A stretch of DNA of 64,000 bases, from contig NW_027362767.1 in assembly GCF_046119375.1 (NCBI RefSeq), positions 51,026,001 to 51,090,000 on the forward strand. Reading direction: 5' to 3'. Of the stretch, positions 60,417 through 64,000 are shown piece by piece (within the stretch, counting starts at the first letter, position 1; each line of letters starts with the position of its first letter). This DNA comes from Phyllobates terribilis (taxonomy: Eukaryota). Made by a program: the position numbers and the translations under genes. The notes under the pieces are model-generated. The model was not told the DNA's origin. It searched no databases and saw nothing but the letters and a program-made list of their open reading frames with translations.

Positions 60417-62673
60417 GTTGGTGATGGCTGCTCCTGTGGTAGAACGGATTCTCTATGCCGATAGGTGGCGTAGTGATTGGGAGGAGCTTAATGGAAACCA
60501 GTGCAGCCTATCATGTAGCTGTTCTCATTTTGTAAGAACCTGTAAGCTTGAGAGCTGGAATCTCATTGGTTGCTGTGTCTCTTCTACTATGTAGAAATGT
60601 GTAAAGATAAAATACAAAGCATAGCAACCAATCACAGCGCAGCTCTCATTTCACACAGCGCTCTTGTAAGACGAAAGATGAATAGTGATTGGCTGATGTG
60701 GACAGAGTCTGTTTCATAAATCCTCTTAACCCCTTCCTGCCAGAGCCATTTTTTTTCTTTTCTTTGTTTTTTTTTCCTTCCTTTCCAACAGTCGCAGCTT
60801 TTTATTTTTTCCGTCCCCTTAGCTGCCGTAGACGAGTTGTAGTTTCGAATGCCCCCATTCACTTTACCATATAATGTGCTGAAAAATGCTAAATAAGTCC
60901 AAGTGCAGTGAAATGGTGAAAAAAACAGGATTCGGACATGAGCTTTTATTTTTACGGCGTTCATTGTGCTGGGAAAATGACCTGGAAACATAATTCTCCC
61001 GGTCTCCGATTACAGCGAAGCCTATAAGGGTCTTCGGGGTCATTTATTATTTTAGTGGTTAGAAATATTAAGAATTTTGATCTTGCCCTTGTGCCGCCAT
61101 TTGCTGCGACCTGTAACTTTTTTTTACATTTTTTTTAGTCTATGGATCAGTGTGAGGACTTGTGTTTTTTTTTTCTTTTTTTAACATATTCTTTTATAGT
61201 TTATTTAGATTATATTTTTTTATATATATACGGTATATTTTTCCATGTTGTTTATATTTTTTAGTTTGCGTTGTTTGTATTTTCTTAGTCCCCCTAGCGG
61301 GTTTGATTCTGCGATCATTTGTACTATGTATCGCAATATTTTGGTGTAAAATTACAGATCTCCTATGAAGCTCGTCATAGGAGTACCAAGATGGCGGCAA
61401 CTGGAGCCTAAATTACCAGTCACCCCCTCCCCCCTCCCAGTGCCATATTAACCCTTCATCTCGTCTTGATTGCGCTGGAACGATTTCATCTCCTGTTTTG
61501 GCGCCTTTCTGAATTACTATTTTTGGCCACAAGATGGCACCACTTCACTTACTGTATAGCAGTAATCTGTGTCTGCATAGACGTCTGCTCAGGATAAAGG
61601 CAGTCCAGGTCCGCACCAGTTGCAAATCCCTATTTGCTTGGACTGTTTGGTTTAATTGCCAAAAACTGCAAGAATGTTATAAGTAGCAATAGAAAAAAAA
61701 TCAGGGTTATTTGCAGTAAGATCTTACATCATGGTGATTATGAGACGAGCAGCGGCTTCGGAAGAAATAAGCAACATTTTAAAAGGGGTTTTATACAAAA
61801 TAATACATAGTACAATGAAACCTATAAAAGACAAACATTAAAGGGACGGTCCTCTCAAAGAAGATGGGCAGTCTGCATAATATATGGTGAAACTGAAAAT
61901 CCGGCACAGGAATTCTGGTTGGGGCGAGGGCTGGTCGTCTTAATCTGTAATTATGTTATGAAACGCTCTTCTGCTCTTTGCTATAAAGGAGTTTCCCACC
62001 CCAGGATAAAGCTTAGAAAGGCAGATTGCCGAATACTGACAGTGTGTACTGCTTGCCAAAAGTTTGGCCCGAGGAAGGAAACCTTGCAATATCAAGATAT
62101 TTGCTTGCTGAGATCTGTCCTTCTGTAGAGATTTGTGCTTTTGTGCAGCACACTGATACAAACCCTCTGCTCTGAGCAACAGGACCAAGATGGCTTTTTA
62201 ACCTTTGGATGAAACCAGAATGTTTCCATTCAGTGACAGCAAGTTGTGATTTTGGTGTTTAGAAATTGAAAACCAAGTTCTAAGTACATTATATATACAT
62301 TGATTAAAGAGGTTTTCCAGGAGTTAATGTATGACCGCTGGGGGTCCTACTACTAATGTCTATAGGACTAATGGAGATGACGTGCAGCGCTTGTCTCTGT
62401 CCATCGCATGCGTGACTACGGGACCCCTGTTCTCCTAATCCATCATGGCCCTAATGGTGGACAGAAACTCTGTCAGGGTGACCATCATGGCCCCTTTATT
62501 CTGCTGTGCGATGGGGTCCTGGTGGTCTAACCCCCACCGATCACACATTGATGGTCATCTAAAGCTCCGAGCTTTCTCTCTTTGGTAGAGTATGTTGGGA
62601 GTTGTAGTTTTGTAAGCTGGAGAAGATCTGACTCCTGTCATATTTTGTTGTCTGTTCCAGGATAAGCTCTAGG

Positions 62674-62777
62674 ATGTTCGCTCAGATTGTGCGTCCGTCT
62701 CTCCATATTAAGAAGCGGATACCTTCTGCATCCGGGTGCAGATACTTCTGGGGGTGGCTGAATGCTGTATTTAACAG
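62674..62777 (+). CDS. DMAC2L: DMAC2L/ATP5S (ATP synthase factor B) first coding exon (exon starts at 62661); gene continues beyond the window
   Basis: MFAQIVRPSLHIKKRIPSASGCRYFWGWLNAVFN(R); RYFWGWLNAVFN is the factor B signature; acceptor ttgtctgttccag, donor AG|GTAGGC. Confidence 0.93.
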
Positions 62778-64000
62778 GTAGGCAATGTTATCCACCATTT
62801 ACAAGAATCACTACTTATCATTTTTTCACAGGACACGACTGATCACTTGGGGTCCCACTGCTCGGCCTCCCACATTGATGGGTCCTGTGCCCCCTGTGTG
62901 ACGGAGGGGTGGTCACATATACACGCTGCCCCTCTATGCAGTGTCTAGGGACAGTGCAGAGCTCGGCTGTCGCCCTCCGTTGCATAGACTTTGCACATGC
63001 GCCACCTCTGATTAATTCAACAGGGAGGCAAGGTGTTAGGGTGCTACATTTTACACATTTATGGCATATAATCAGGTGCCAGGAGTTTCCCCACCATCAG
63101 CAGGGGGAATATTTCCTGAATTCTCAATTTAAAGGGGGTCTGGAGCAATTGCCAGCTGAGTAAGTCAGGTCTAGCCTAAATGACCCCATAGGCATTAAGT
63201 TAGAGGGGTTGTACTAAGACAATACGTTATCCCCTATCCATAGGATAGAGGATAACTTATTGATCACTGGGACCCTATCAATGTGCGCACTGTACTCGAC
63301 CGTCTCATAGAAAGTGCATGGAGCGGAGGTTCCCCTGCGCGACCTATGCAGAGCCAGGGTTTCAGGATCAGTGCAGGTCCCAGCGGCCGGACCCCCAGCA
63401 TTCAAGAAGTTATGCCCTATCAATAGGGGATAATTTATTAATTTGGTACAATCTTTTTTTATTATCTGCCAAACTTGCTGATTTCAGGGGGACCGGACGG
63501 CCATCTCTTTCCTGTTGTATTACAGCACCCAATCCATTTGTTTCCATAGGAGATAAGAAGCTAACAGAAGTGTCTGCAGCCCTTACTGGACTCCAATGAA
63601 ACACATGCACACGTAGCTGTAGTGAGCATGCATGTGTAAGGGGGGTCAGGAGAGAGAACTTTACAAGCCCCTTTAGACTTAAGTGGTCAGGGGGATAAGA
63701 GCTGTAAGTCCAAGGCTCTGTTCACACCTGCTTCATGGATTCTGTTTCTAGTAGAAGACACAGCGCAGTGGCAGATTTGGGGTATGATGGACACAATGGT
63801 GCCCGACAGATCCAGGTGTCTATCATTTAGCGGGAATAAAAGCCCTGCATACAGCACCACGGTATCTAGCATTAGCTTTTGTGCATTTAAAGGGGTTGTC
63901 TCATCTAATTAAATGGGGACATTTGCAAAGTGCTTGTAAAAACAAACAACTTTGCAGTTTACTTCTTATTAATAATCTTCTCCGTCCCTCCTATTCTGTA

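Noticed and set aside
62778-64000. DMAC2L next coding exon (VDYDRI...EWLLRCG-like)
   Set aside because: Not found in any frame; presumably beyond the window end

Overview
Vertebrate genomic DNA, most likely from a frog (inferred from its repeats: TTAA-flanked T2/Kolobok-type MITEs, V-SINEs, Tc1, and the ~97-bp ACCAGCAGAATAGTGAGTGCAGC repeat). Gene order matches human 14q21.3: VCPKMT(-), SOS2(-), L2HGDH(-), then DMAC2L/ATP5S(+) head-to-head with L2HGDH. All coding exons of VCPKMT (5 exons, 214 aa), SOS2 (23 exons, 3999 nt, 1332 aa, one GC-AG intron) and L2HGDH (10 exons) were traced by hand with consistent splice phases. DMAC2L contributes only its 5' exons. Introns carry two defective Tc1 transposons, a solo LTR, SINEs, MITEs and several minisatellites. 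Most interesting observations: (1) an intact type I hammerhead ribozyme in a small retrozyme-like element in SOS2 intron 5; (2) candidate extra SOS2 3' exons whose tandem donors would give a CaaX-like (CGAL*) or PDZ-ligand (TTLV*) C-terminus, which is inference only; (3) a higher-order minisatellite built from a ZNF143/Staf-like motif in VCPKMT intron 1; (4) a VCPKMT stop codon at the last codon of an exon, directly before a splice donor. No database searches were run; comparisons with human proteins are from memory.
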